Assembly (NCBI GenBank): GCA_009914755.4
Contig: CP068257.2
Location: 27,584,001-27,648,000, forward strand
Length of the DNA stretch: 64,000 bases
Source: the human T2T-CHM13v2.0 reference genome, Homo sapiens
Direction: 5' to 3'
Shown: positions 40,542-55,154 of the stretch, in pieces
Layout: each line of letters begins with the position of its first letter
Position numbering within the stretch: the first letter of the stretch is position 1
Translations under genes and position numbers: made by a program
Notes under the pieces: generated by a model
Told to the model about the DNA's origin: nothing
The model's database searches: none
What the model saw: the letters and a program-made list of their open reading frames with translations, nothing else

Positions 40542-42040
40542 AAAATAGTGCCTTTACCTGTAAAATGAAAATAATACCACCTCCTTTATAGGATATGAGA
40601 CTTAATACAATATGATCAAACATGATAAGCGTCTGTCTTGGAGCCTAGTTCACAAGAGAAATCCATTAAATGTTAGTCCTTCTTTGCCTATTGCAGCCAC
40701 AATTATTTTACTAACCCTGAGACATTCAAGTGAGGCTGAGTATGAATCACACAGGAAAAATGCTAAGAGCTAGTCCTGTTTTGAGGTAATTTGATCAGTT
40801 ATACATAAAGTGATGCTGTGCAATGGTACTCACAAACATGGGACACCCCAAATCAATATGTTTAGTGAATATTTAAAATACAATTCCAAAAGTTTAGGAG
40901 AGAAGGGGCAAGAAGATACATAGATGATAGAGAATGGGAGAAACCTAGGACTTGTTATCGATTGCAGGAATTGTGATTTCTTTCTGTTGGAATGAGCCAA
41001 GGGAAGGGGAAGAAAATTCATGGAACAGGAGATTGGAATTTGGGTGCAGCCTCCTGGCACGTGCTCATCCTGTTCTTCCAATTTCTGGAGGCTGTGCCTA
41101 CGTGCCTTTTGCCTGTTGCATACCTCGCATCAGTCAGCTCTCTTTGTTTTATTATAGAAAATTGTGCAATCCTTTCTGGTTTGTTTTTGTTAGGATTTCC
41201 TTCCCTTTATCTCTAGCAGGAAAATATTATCCCTTGAAATTTCCTCTGGGACATGATTATTTACAGTAAACTACAATTTAGTGAATTCTTGAGGATTTCT
41301 TCTTGATGTATCCTCTTTTTTATTTTTCATTCTTAAATGCCTTTTGTTTTTGGCTGCTTCTCTCTTGAGTGTTTTGTATATATTTTGAAAAATACCTACC
41401 GGCAGCTTGTATATCTTTTTTCCAAAACCTCTCCAAAGTATTTAAGAAGATATCTTCCATATATATCTTTTGTATATACAAATATATATATTATTTACAT
41501 ATAATATATATTTCATCAGACATATAGTATTTGTGCATCATTATTTTTGTGCATCACAGCTTTATATCTTATATATTTAAGATAATAATCTGCATCATCT
41601 GGCTAGCTTCACTGCTCAGGGGATGGTCAGCTCAGTCCAGATCAGTGTAATCTCTTGCTCCAGTTACCAGATCAGCCTCCTGTCTAGTCTTCCTGGTCCT
41701 GGATTTGCTCACCTTCCCATCTTCCACACACTGAAGGCAGACAAGTCGTCTTCTGAAGAGAAAACCTGATCATATCTGCTTAGTATCTTTCAATAGGGTC
41801 ATCAGACTCAGGGAAGCATGATCTGGCCCCTACCTGTCTCTCCAGCCCATCTCATGAGCTCCCACCCCATTCTATGCCTGGCCATAATGCTGACTTAAGA
41901 GTTACCTGAAGAATGTTTTCCTCTTTCTCCCCTCCTACCCTCTGCACTTGTTACTCTCTCTGCCTTGGGAAGCTCATCTTCACCCTGTAGCTACTTTTGG
42001 CCTGTTTAATTCCCACTCATTGTTTAGGACCTTTGTTTTG

Positions 42041-42391
42041 TGCTGCTCTAACAGAATACCATAGATGGGATAATGTTTAAATGAACAGAAATTTATTTCT
42101 TACATATCTGGAGGCTGGGAAGTCCAAGATCAAGTGCTTGCATCTGATTGAAGGTCTTCTTGCTGTGTCTTCACAATAGTGAGGCCCAGGGAGAGAGAGA
42201 GAGAGAGAGAGAGACCTGAACTCACCATTCTATAATGATCACACTCCAGCAATATGACACTCATTAATCCATTCATTAGGGTAGAGCTCTCATGCCTAAT
42301 CACCTTTTAATGGTCCCCCTCTTAATACTGCTAAAATGGCAATTACATTTCAACATGAGTTTTGGAGGGGGTAAATATTCCAACCATAGCA
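42041..42391 (-). mobile_element. Older MaLR-type solo LTR (MLT1/MST-like) containing a (GA)16 microsatellite (42191-42222)
   Basis: tgctgctctaacagaataccatagatgggataatgtttaaatgaacagaaatttatttcttacatatctggaggctgggaagtccaagatcaagtgcttgcatctgattgaagg...gagagagagagagagagagagagagagac...ggagggggtaaatattccaaccatagca. Confidence 0.5.
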
Positions 42392-42597
42392 AGACCCAAC
42401 TTAAGCATGACTTCTTTCTGGAAGCCTTCTCTAATGTCCCTAGACTGATTTTGTGCTGTTTTATTACTCCTATTTTCTATGCCTATCATGATACCATACT
42501 CTTTTCAAATTATTTGACTGCCACATTAGGGCAGGGCCCTGGCCTGATGAGGTACGTACTCAATAAATATTTGTTAACTGAGTGAGTGAATGAATGA

Positions 42598-42750
42598 AGA
42601 CAATGCCTTGAGGCAGTGTTGCTCAAAGGTTAAGGAAGCTGGAGTGAGGTGGTCTTGGTTTGGATCCTGGTTCTACGCCTAACTAACTGTGAGACTTCTG
42701 GCAAGTTATTGCATCTCAGTTTCTTAACCAGTAACATGGGGATTATAACA
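42598..42750 (+). mobile_element. MIR SINE
   Basis: gaggcagtgttgctcaaaggttaaggaagctggagtgaggtggtcttggtttggatcctggttctacgcctaactaactgtgagacttctggcaagttattgcatctcagtttcttaaccagtaacatggggattataacag resembles the MIR core (..ggtttgaatcc.gctctgccacttactagctgtgtgaccttgggcaagttacttaacctctctgagcctcagtttcctcatctgtaaaatggggataataata). Confidence 0.55.
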
Positions 42751-43365
42751 GGAAACATCTCATTGAATTATTTTGATTAAATGTTAATAGATATAAACAG
42801 AATGGTACTTACACAGAATACAGTTTCAGGTGTTAGCTATTATTATTATTATTATTGCCTAAATATTAATCTGGCAACTTAATAGCCAAAGTGGAGGCGT
42901 AGCACCTGACACAGTTTATGAGGAATCGTCCACTCTTAGCTCCATGAGGGATTCACAAGAATTGATTTTTTTAAACTGCTGGATTTCTACAACAATGTTG
43001 TAAATGATTTTAAAAGGTATCCTATATTATAATTTAATATTACAGTTATGGAGAAGACAACTCATATCATTGCTTGAAGGTTTTTAATATGTGCTGGATA
43101 AGTATGTTTTAAGGAATTAGCATCTATTATAGGCTGAATTTTCAGTTAACACAGTCTTGACGACAGACAGAAATCCATGTTAAATAACGTTCTCTAAAAA
43201 CTATATTTAAGATACCAGAAATTAGGTAGAGGAAACTGTAGAATTTTTCAAATAGAAAATACTGATTAAGACTTAGATGAAAACTGTTAGAAAGGTCATA
43301 AATTAGAGAAAAATCATGTTTCACTTGAGTCAACAACAATGGTGTGATTAACACTTTTTTTTACT

Positions 43366-43452
43366 GGGTCCAGAAATGAAGGAGGAGGGAAGGAGAGAGA
43401 GAGGGAGGGAGGGAAGGAGGTAGAGAAGGAGGGAGAGAGAGAGAGAAAAAAA
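43366..43452. repeat. Purine-rich (GGA/GAG/GA)n low-complexity tract ending in A10
   Basis: ggaggagggaaggagagagagagggagggagggaaggaggtagagaaggagggagagagagagagaaaaaaaaaa. Confidence 0.8.
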
Positions 43453-43991
43453 AAACTTGGAAGGAGTATTTTCCATCACAAATTATAGGGAGTAGCTATC
43501 AATCACACTTTTTAAGGAAATCAAAGGTGGGATAAAAGTGCTTGCAGGGTCTTTGGATACAAAGATGGTGAGAAGCCAGATAAGCTTTGAGAAGCTCAAT
43601 CTTCAAATTACGAGATTCAGCATGAATTAGATTGACTTGAACCAGGGGAAAAACCAGGATTAGGTTAAGCAGTGATTCAGAAATGTTCAGTTAGTAACTG
43701 AGACAACTCTATGTAGGTACTAACATAAATGATATTGAATGTTTGAGTGTCATCTTCTTTAGGATTTATGTTTTTGTTATTTTGGCAAAATAGCATTAAC
43801 TAAATGGAAACCATACTGTATTTTATTTTCTTCATTTTAGTTACTTCTGCCCATAGCAAACAGCTTTTTGGATTGAGAGGCAGTGTTAAATGTAACATCG
43901 GCTACAGGAATAAACAAGAGTTCCTGCCCTTGCCTTGAGGCAGTGTAGCTTGAGTCAGACAGCCTGCGTCTGGGTTCTACTGCAAGTCAGT

Positions 43992-46328
43992 ACAGGCATA
44001 CCTCGAAGATATTGTGGGTTTGGTTCCAGACCACCATAATAAAGCAAATATCACAATCAAGCAAGTCATATAAATTTTTCCATTTTCCAGAGCATATAAA
44101 AGTATGTTTACGATATATTATAGTCTATTAGGTGTGCAGTAGCATTGTCTAAAAATGTACATACCTTATTTAAAAAATATTTTATTGCCTAACAAGGCTA
44201 TCACCTGAGCTTTCAGTGAGTTGTAATCTTTTTGCTGGTGGAATGTTGATCAGGGTGGTGGTTGCTGACTCTTAAAATAAGACATTTGAAGTTGGCCTCA
44301 TCAGTTGACTCTTCCTTTCACGAAAGATTTCTCTGTAGAAAATGTTGTTTGATAGCATTTTACGCACAGTAGAACTTATTTCAAAATTAGAGTCAATCCT
44401 CTCAAACTTTGTCACTGCTTTATCAGCTACATTTATGTAATATTCTAAGTCATTTGTTGCCATTTCAATAATGTTCACAGCATCCTCACCAGGATTAGAT
44501 TTCACTGGAAACCACTTTGCTCACCCATAAGAAGTAACTCCTTATCCATTCAGGTTTTATCACGAGATTGCAGCAATTCCGTCACATCTTTAGCTTCGAC
44601 CTCTAATTCTAGTTCTCTTATTTCCACCACATTTGCAGTGACTTCTTCCTCTGAAGTCTTGAACCCCTCAAAGTCATGCATGAGGGTTAGAATCAACTTC
44701 CAAACTCCTGTTAATGTTGATATTTTGACCTTCTCCCATGAATCATGAATGTTCTTAATGACACTTAAAATGAAGATTTTTTTTTTTCCAGAAGATAGTC
44801 AATTTATTTTTCCCAGATCTATCAGAGAAATCACTATCTATGGCCGCTATACCCTTATGAAATGTATTTCTGAAATGATAAGACTTGAAGATTACAATTA
44901 TTCCTTGATCCAAGGGCTGCAGAATGGATGTGGTGTCAGCAGCATGAAAACATTATTCTCCTGTACATCTCCATCAGAGCTTTTGGGTGACTGGATGCAT
45001 TGCCAATAAGCAGTAATGCTTTTAAAAGAATCCCTTTTTTGAGCAGTAGGTCTCAACAGTGAGTTGTGGGCTTCAAATATTTGATAAACCATGGTGTTAC
45101 CAAATATGCTGTTATCCAGGCTTTGTTGTTCCATTTATAGAGCATAGGCACAGTAGATGTAACATAATTCTTAAGAGCTGTAGGGTTTTCAGAATGGTAA
45201 TGAGCATTGGCTTTAACTTAGAGTTGCCAGCTGCATTAGCCTATCTTTTGAATTTTTGAAGCCAGGCACTGACTTCTCTTTAGAAGTCCTAGATGGCATC
45301 TTCTTCCAGTAGAAGAGTGTTTCATCTACATTGAAAATCTGTTGTTTAGCTTAGCCACTTTCATCAATGATCTTAGGTAGCTCTTCTGGTTAACTTGCCA
45401 CAACTTCTACATTAGCACTCACTGCTTCACCTTGTACTTTATATTATAAAGAAGGCTTCTTTCCTTAAAAATCATGAAGCAATCTCTACTAACTTCAAAC
45501 TTTTCTTGTACGGCCTCCTTATTGCTCTCAGCTTTCATAAAGTTAAAGAGAGCTGGGGTCTTTCTCTGGATTAAACTTTGGCCTGAGGGCATGTTGTGGC
45601 TGGTTTGATCTATCCAGACTATTAAAACATTCTCCATGTCAACAATGCATCTGTTTTGTTCTCTGATCATTCTTGTGTTCACTGGAATAGCATTTTTAAT
45701 TTCCTTCAAGAATTCTCCCTTTGCATTCACAACTTGGCTGTTTGGTGCAGAAACCTAGCTTCTGGCCTATCTTGACTTCCAACATGCCTTTCTCACTAAG
45801 CTTATTAATAATGTCTAGTTTTTGATTTAAAGTGTGAGATATGTGACTCTTCCTTTCACCTGAACACTTGAGTGTTGAACACTAAGTGTTCACTTGAACA
45901 CTTTGAGGCCATTGTGGGGTTATCAATTGGCTTAATTTCAATATTGTGTCTCAAGGAACAGGGAGGCCTGAAGAGAGGGAGAGAGGTGGGAAACAGCCAG
46001 TTGATGGAGCAGTCAGAACACAAACATTTATTAAGTTTGCCTTCTTATATGGGCGGGGTTTGTGGCATCCCCAAACAATTACAATAGGAACATCAAAGAT
46101 AACTGCTCACAGATCACCATAACAGATATAATAATAACGAAAAAGTTTGAAATATTGCTAGAATTACCAAAATGTGACACAGAGGCACAAAGTGAGCACA
46201 TGCTGTTGGAGTAATAGCATCGATAGACTTGCTCAACACGGGGTTGCCACAAACCTTTAATTTGTAAAAAGCGCAGTATCTGCGAAGCACAATAAAGCGA
46301 AGCGCAAGAAAACAAGATATGCCTGTAG
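43992..46328 (-). mobile_element. Near-complete Tigger1 DNA transposon (pogo/Tc1-mariner superfamily), reverse orientation, with TA target-site duplication and decayed transposase ORFs
   Basis: Terminal inverted repeats caggcatacctcgaagatattgtgggtttggttccagaccaccataataaagc (left) and gcgcagtatctgcgaagcacaataaagcgaagcgcaagaaaacaagatatgcctg (right), each flanked by ta. Minus-strand ORF remnants match the pogo/CENP-B-like transposase (45419-45730 ..ipvntrmireqnrcivdmenvlivwidqtshn.., 44272-44505 ..[24 protein letters not shown]..[21 protein letters not shown]..). Multiple frameshifts and stops. Confidence 0.85.
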
Positions 46329-47320
46329 TTTGAAGGACATTTTCACCTTCTCATATATGTACTATATTTATTAAGCCAAGATTATCTGGTAAGAAAACAT
46401 ATTTCATTTTATAAATGTCACAATTCATGACAGATACTTTCATAGTTAATGAGAGTTTACAGTACATGTGACTATTTAGATAAGGCACTTATTTTTGACA
46501 CTGTGTTTTATGTTACAAGTATTGTAGTTTCACAACACGCAATAAGGTGGTCCCCTGACCTTGCTATGCCAAGGAATCTGAAATAAGCTTGACCTTGCTT
46601 TATAATCCTATTCTTCTCTCCATCTCCTACTTTAAAAGAAGGATTACACTGCATTACAATAAAATGAACTGATATATAAAGAGTACATAGCCAGGTGGTG
46701 GCACATAGAAAATGATCAGTGGACATTATCTGCTCTTACTGTTGTTAGTGGAAGAGGTATGTGTCTTTGAAATATGCTGGATGCTTTGCTGAGTCGTTTA
46801 TAGTGATCACATCTACTCCTCAAAAGAACCATGGGAAATAGGTGACATCATTTCCATTTCTAGATGAAGAAACTGGGCTCAGAGAAGTTCAGAATTTGTC
46901 CTAGAGAGTGGGGGGCAGAGCCAGCATTTAAGCCAGACTGGTCCAATTTTGAAGTACTTCCACTCCTCAGTGATGATTTCTGTACTGCCAAAGAAGACCA
47001 AGCAGAGGTTAGTATGGTGGGGAGGGGTAGGGTGTGTGCATAGAAAGATGTTCTCCAGTTCTTTCTCCAGTTACCAGGTTGTGGATTGAATAATGTGATT
47101 AATATACTGGAATTCATTTTGTATATAGTTACATATATAATATATATTATATATTTATATGTATACATCTTTTCCCAATGAAAGAAAAACATACATTTTA
47201 CTTAAATTTCCACATCTATTTTTCCTATTATTTCATTATAAATGTGTTCATTAAATATTCTTTGATCACAAGATTTAACACATCACATGTAAACAGCAAC
47301 AAACCTGTAAACAAGAACTA

Positions 47321-47620
<300 letters not shown>

Positions 47621-47652
47621 AGAGGTAAATGTAATACTTTTTGATTAACATG

Positions 47653-48011
47653 TGATACGGTTTGACTTTGTCCTCATCCAAATCTCTCCTTGAATTGTAA
47701 TAATCCCCATGTGTCAAGGCCAGGCCAGGTGAAGATAATTGAATGATGGGGGCGGGGGTTTCCCCCATGCTGTTCTTGTTGTAGGGAATAAATCTCACGA
47801 GATCTGATGGTTTTACAAAGGGGAGTTCCCCTGCACATGCCCTCTTGTCTACTGCCACGTAAGATGTGTCTTTGTTCCTCCTCCACCCTTCTGCCATGAT
47901 TGTGAGGCTTCCCCAGCAATATGGAATTGTGAGTCAATTAAACCTCTTTCCTTTATAAATTACCCAGTCTTAGGTATGTCTTTATTAGCAGCATGAGAAC
48001 AGACTAATACA
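47653..48011 (+). mobile_element. THE1/MST-class solo LTR
   Basis: tgatacggtttgactttgtcctcatccaaatctctccttgaattgtaataatccccatgtgtcaaggccaggc...gatgggggcgggggtttcccccatgctgttcttgttgtagggaataaatctcacgagatctgatggttttacaaaggggagttcccctgcacatgccctcttgtctactgccacgtaagatgtg...ccatgattgtgaggcttccccagcaatatggaattgtgagtcaattaaacctctttcctttataaattacccagtcttaggtatgtctttattagcagcatgagaacagactaataca; flanks acatg / acata. Confidence 0.85.
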
Positions 48012-48345
48012 ACATATTAAAACCTCACTGATGTAAATCCTAGACATTTTGATTTGAAATGAAACTTCCAACTTCAAACCTGACTGCATGTTAGGTTTGC
48101 CTGGCAGCTCTGGGACTATGGGGACAACAACCATCACCACCACCCCATGCCTGGGACTCAGCCGCAAAGATGGTGTTTTAACTGATGGGGGAGTTGATAC
48201 TGTTTGAAACCTCCCCAGGGGATTCTAATGAGTCATCAGGGCTGGGAATCACTGGCCTAAAAAAGTAGAAGCACCTACTTGAATGGGACAATAAATACTT
48301 GCTGAAACAGATTAAGTACTCAGTACTTTAAAACCAATGCCCTTG

Positions 48346-48639
48346 GTCGGGTGTGGTGGCTTGTTTCTGTAATCCCAGCACTTCAGGAAGCTGAGGCAGG
48401 TTGATCACTTGAGATCAGGAGTTCGAGACCAGCCTGGCCAACATGGTGGAACCCTGTCTCTACTAAAAATACAAAAATTAGCTGGGCCTGGTGGCGGACA
48501 CCTGTAGTCCCAACTTCTCAGGAGGCTGAGGCAGGAGAGTCACTTGAACCTGGGAGGCAGAGGTTGCAGTGAGCCAAGATCACACCACTGTGCTCCAGCT
48601 GGGGTGACAGAGTGAGACTCTGTCTCAAAAAAAAAAAAA
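48346..48639 (+). mobile_element. Full-length Alu with poly(A) and imperfect TSD
   Basis: ggtcgggtgtggtggcttgtttctgtaatcccagcacttcaggaagctgaggcaggttgatcacttgagatcaggagttcgagaccagcctggccaacatggtggaaccctgtctc...ggggtgacagagtgagactctgtctc + A13; flanks aaaccaatgccc / aaatcaatgctc. Confidence 0.9.
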
Positions 48640-49325
48640 TCAATGCTCTCATCTGCACAGCATCCATGAAAGAATTTTCCTTTGGTCTTTAACCTTCCTC
48701 AGATGCTATCTCCTTCTCCAGACCTATTTGTCTCTAAAGAGTAGAGGCTGCTCAAAGTTTCTATTTCCTCCACTTCTTAATCCATCTCAAACAACAGTCA
48801 TGATCTCCATCCTCCTGCAACTGATCTTATCAAGCCTCAATCAGTAATTCATTTACTGTATCTTAATATGTAATTTATAACTAATATATAACATCAATGT
48901 ATATTGAAGACCTACCTGAAGACTGCAGTGGGTCATAAGAGGGCTATTGAATGCCTGAGTCTCTAGGAATTGATAAGATTATAGAGTTGAACAAAGATTT
49001 TAAAATTACCTTGTCCTGTGCTTCTCAAGATAATTTCATTTAGAGTGACACATCCCTTTATTTGGGAAGCTTATTTGAAATGTCAGCAGGTAATAAAAGA
49101 GAGGGTGGGGCTACTTTGTGTGGTATTGATGGTGGGGACAGAGCCCTGATTGCTGGGTTCTGTCCACCTTTCTGTCCACTGTTCCCTCAGAGATAGCCCT
49201 TAGAGATCTCCACAGACCCTCTGCATCTCTGCAAAGGACAGTTTGGAAACTACCCATCTAGTCTTGATCCCTTTCAGATACAACACAGGATATGTCTGCC
49301 ACCTTAAGAAGCTTCTAGGTTTTCT

Positions 49326-49598
49326 TTCTGTTTCTTTTTTTCTTTTTTGAGATGGAGTCTCACTCTGTTGCCCAGGCAGTCTCCCAAGTAGCTGAGACTA
49401 CAGGCGCCGCCACCATGCCCAGCTAATTTTGCTGAGACTACAGGTGCCTGCCGCCATGCCCAGCTGATTTTTGTATATTTAGTAGAGATGGGGTTTCATC
49501 GTATTGGCCTGGCTGGTCTCGAAATCCTGACCTTGTGATCCCCCCACCTCGGCCTCCCAAAGTGCTGGGATTACAGGCGTGAGCCACCATGCCTGGCC
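49326..49598 (-). mobile_element. Rearranged Alu, minus orientation: internal deletion plus about 38-bp internal tandem duplication
   Basis: ..gagatggagtctcactctgttgcccaggc | agtctcccaagtagctgagactacaggcgccgccaccatgcccagctaattttgctgagactacaggtgcctgccgccatgcccagctgatttttgtatatttagtagagatggggtttcatcgtattggcctggctggtctcgaaatcctgaccttgtgatcc...gggattacaggcgtgagccaccatgcctggcc. The block ggagtgcagtgg...cctcagcct is absent and gctgagactacagg.gcc.ccgccaccatgcccagct.atttt appears twice. Confidence 0.85.
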
Positions 49599-50487
49599 AC
49601 TTCCAGGTTTTATAAGTAAAACACCTGTCAGTGTTAAAAACATTATAACTTATGAGCTCCCATTTACAATGTGTTTATTATTTGGCAGTCACCTTTCTAT
49701 GTCACATGTAGTGACTTGTTTGGTCTCACAACAGTACTGTGACTGCAGTTATTATCACTCCCATTTTATTGATGAGTACACAGAAGCAGGAGGCTTTAAT
49801 CTGCTTGCCAGTCACAGCTGGGGAATGTACTTATGAGCCCATGCTCTTAACTGGTAACACTTTGCCTTGTATTAATATATACAAGGATTCTGTCTGGTAG
49901 CCTGCACCACACAGACACCATGTCTTTGTGCATATACATTATTTAACCAACAGATCTTTAGTACTGGTGGCTCATTATTCATTAGTGGCAGATACTGTAG
50001 ATACAGGAGTTAATGCCATGCTAGGAAGACAGACAACACACCTGTAAACAAATAAGGAAATAAGATGATGCAGTAGGGAAGAGCAAAGAAGAATATATGA
50101 CGGTGAAGCCACAGGAGTTACCAGGGTGACGGTGCATCTTACTTCCTACAGGCTTGCTAGAACCTTGCCGCTCAAAGGGTGTCCAGCAGCCGGGGAGGAT
50201 TGTGTCATATGAAAGGTTGTTAGAAACAAAGAATCTGGAGAATCACCTGAGACTTACCCCAGATTCAGAATCTGCATTTTAAGAAGCTTCCCAAGTGATT
50301 CATGTGCACATTAAAATGTGAGGGGCACTGAACAGCAGAGGGCATGTTTCTGTTGCTAACAGCCAAGATTCATTCTTTCTCTCCCCTGACCATTCACACA
50401 CACACACAAACACAAAATATATGTACATAAATAAAAAATATGGACTTTGCATTTTGAAATGTTACATTGTAATATAAGAACAGTCCT

Positions 50488-50853
<366 letters not shown>

Positions 50854-51239
50854 CTAATGATATAATTGGGGGTTATTTGCTGATTCAACATGAAATAATT
50901 CATAGCACTGACTAAAAGGAACATAAAAGAAAAGCTAAGTAAAATTTCTATATATTCTTTTAAAATATGAAATTTAATGCTTCAACTCCAATAAAATGAG
51001 TAAAAAATACACTGTAAAGTTAAGTATATAAAGAACTTCAATTTGCTGTAAAAAAGATATATAGTATATAAATATGATTCCAGTGTAAATTTGCTTTAAA
51101 TTAGGATGCCAATTATAAGCATTATTTAAACATTTAATTAAAATGACTGTATTTGCATTTTGATAAGAAAATTCATAATTTTCCAGGCCACTTTTATTTA
51201 TTCGTTTATTATTTTTATAAAATTGTTTAAATTTTTAAT

Positions 51240-51625
51240 ATTTTGATACATAGTAGGTGTTTATGGGGTACATGAGGTGTTTTCATACAGGCATCCAATG
51301 TGAAATAATCACATCATGGAGAACGGGGGATCTATCCCCTCAAACATTTATCCTTTCAGTTACAAACAATCCACTTAAACTCTTTTAAGTTATTTTAAAC
51401 TGTACAACTAAGTTATTATTGACTATAGTCACCCTGTTGTGCTATCAAATAGGTGTTATCCCCACTACTTTATTTGTATCCATTAAACATCTCCACCTCC
51501 CTCACCCACCAGTACCCTTTCTAGCCTCTGGTAACCATTTTTCTGCTCTCTATGTCCGTGAGTTCAATTGTTTTTATTTTCAGATCCCACAAATAAGTGA
51601 GAACATGTGACATTTGTCTGTCTGT
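51240..51625 (+). mobile_element. L1 fragment (ORF2 3' region, older subfamily)
   Basis: gatacatagtaggtgtttatggggtacatgaggtgttttcatacaggcatccaatgtgaaataatcacatcatggagaac...cctctggtaaccatttttctgctctctatgtccgtgagttcaattgtttttattttcagatcccacaaataagtgagaacatgtga, the same L1 segment as 20240-20420. Confidence 0.55.
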
Positions 51626-52087
51626 TGTCCAGGCCACATTTAAAGACCATCTAGTTTTATTTCAACACATACAACCTTTTTCTCTGAGGACAAGTAACAC
51701 TCAGAATCATCCTGATTATCTTAGAGTTTTCAGAAACTAGTACTCAGAGTACTGAGGTGTTATTTCAGCAAAGGTTGGTGGCACTTTTCTTACTAAAGAC
51801 ACTTAGAAAATAGAAACCACCCCAAATACCCCTACTTGGCACTGCCCAGCCTTTTCAGTTTCCTCAGAGATTTTGTATAGCAAAGGTCAATCAGAAGCCA
51901 CTGGGGGAAGAAAAAAAAAAACTACCAAGGGACTCAAGTCCTTTCAAAGCCAGCTGAACAATCATCATCCCAAACAATAATCCCAGTTTGCCTAGGACTT
52001 TCCTGGGTTTAGCACTGAAAGTCCCAATTCCCAGGAACCCTCTCAGTTCCTGGAAAACTGGAATGGTTGGTCTCTCTAGGTCACTGG

Positions 52088-52452
52088 TACGGTTAGGCTT
52101 TCTATCCCCACCCACATCTCATCTTGAATTGTAATTCCCATCATCCCCATGTGGCAAAGGAGAGACTAGGCGGAGGGATCATGGGGGCGGTCTCCCCCAT
52201 TCTGTTCTCGTGATAGTGAGTTCTCACAAGATCTGATGGTTTTATAAGGGGCTCTTTCTCCTTTGCTCAGCACGTCTCCTTCCTGCCATCTTGTGAAGAA
52301 GTGCCTTGCTTCCCTTTCACCTTCTGCCATGATTGTAAGTTTCCTGAGGCCTCTCCAGCCATCCTGAACTGTGAGTCAATTAAACCTCTTTCCTTTCTAA
52401 ATTACCCAATGTTAGGTAGTTCTTTATAGCAGTATGAAAACGGACTAATATA
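52088..52452 (+). mobile_element. THE1/MST-class solo LTR (more diverged)
   Basis: acggttaggctttctatccccacccacatctcatcttgaattgtaattcccatcatccccatgtggcaaaggagagac...gatcatgggggcggtctcccccattctgttctcgtgatagtgagttctcacaagatctgatggttttataaggggctc...ttctgccatgattgtaagtttcctgaggcctctccagccatcctgaactgtgagtcaattaaacctctttcctttctaaattacccaatgttaggtagttctttatagcagtatgaaaacggactaata. Confidence 0.8.
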
Positions 52453-53120
52453 GTCACTAAAGATTAATTTTTAAAAATGGGTTTCACAGAATTGTGACAC
52501 AATATTGGGTTTTATTTTGCTACTTGCAAAGAAAATCCTCCCAAAATATTAAAACTCAACACCAAAGAGTATCAAATGTTAATTTAATAGTATCAAATGA
52601 ATAGAACATGTATCTGGTAAAAAGAAAAACAGAAATTGCCATCGCCTTTTTCTTCCCTTTCTTAATATTGTGTTATAGCCTGTTTGGGAGAAAGCAGAAA
52701 AATAGACATTGCCTTTATGATTCACTAAACCACTGAGCTCCAAAATGGAGGTAAATGAAGCCAATATTAACAGTTCTATTTTTATTGATTTAATTTTGCT
52801 AAAACTGAATAATAGAAATTATGCTTTACTCATGTGTAATATACAGATTGATACTAGTGTCTTCAGTGGACCAGTAAGTCAGAATGCATACTTCTGGAGG
52901 GAGGATGGGGTGACATCGGTTCCTTCTGCCATTGGTTTATTTCTGAGAATCTTAGGGTGTATTATCAGTGACGTACTATACGAGGTCACCTTTGTGTTAA
53001 TTTATAAAAATGAGACCTTTGAATATGTGATACTTTTTGAGATGGAATGTATTAATCAGCTTTTACTGTGTAACAAAGCATTTGAAAACTTAGTGGCTTG
53101 AAACAACAACTTTTATTCTT

Positions 53121-53445
<325 letters not shown>

Positions 53446-53577
53446 TGAAGCCTGAACGAAAGCTGAGTGGTTCTTCTGATGTCCTTGTTTGAGGTGGGTT
53501 AAACTAGGACGACTTTATTACTTTATTAGTAAGTATGGCGGGCTGGGAGTGCTGGGACAATCCCCTATGCCACATGA

Positions 53578-53908
<331 letters not shown>

Positions 53909-54498
53909 TAGTCTGGATTTCTTCACTTGCCGATTAATGAAGAGCAAACAGCAGAAAGAGAGAAAGCCACACGCCCTTTTCGAGCCTTTGCTTGCATCAC
54001 GTTTGCTAATGTCTCATTGGCTAAGGCAAGTCACATGGCCAAGCCCAGGTTCAAAGGTTAGAGAAAAATACTCCGCCTTTTTCTTGTAGGGTCTGCAAAA
54101 TCACATTGCAGGAATGGGTAGAATTTATGGCTATGTTGCAAGCAATCACAGAAGTGGAACTAGTAAACCATTAAAATGTTTTGCAACCCAGAAGTTCCTG
54201 GCTCAATTTCTGGCAAAGCATTTAAAAGATGTATTAAAAGATGGCATGCATGATACAAACAATCCAAATTTGCTGACTTTTTCTGTAAAGATAAATGGCT
54301 GTTAGAATCATGTTATGGAGCAAATATTTTGAGCAAATAAACACAGTCTGTCCTTTCAAAGTAAATATGACATTTCAACAATGTGTAAGAAAGCACTAAT
54401 TTTTCAAAAGAAAATTATGGAAAAAAAAAGCCTTTCAAAATAGTTTGAAAATATTTCCAATGTGAACTTATTCTGTTTTAAAAATGGATGTTAATTAA

Positions 54499-55154
<656 letters not shown>

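Noticed and set aside
44272-45730. Transposase-like ORFs that might indicate an active or domesticated transposase gene
   Set aside because: They are split into pieces of at most 103 aa by stops and frameshifts and sit between intact Tigger1 TIRs with TA TSDs. This is a decayed transposon copy, not a TIGD-type domesticated gene.
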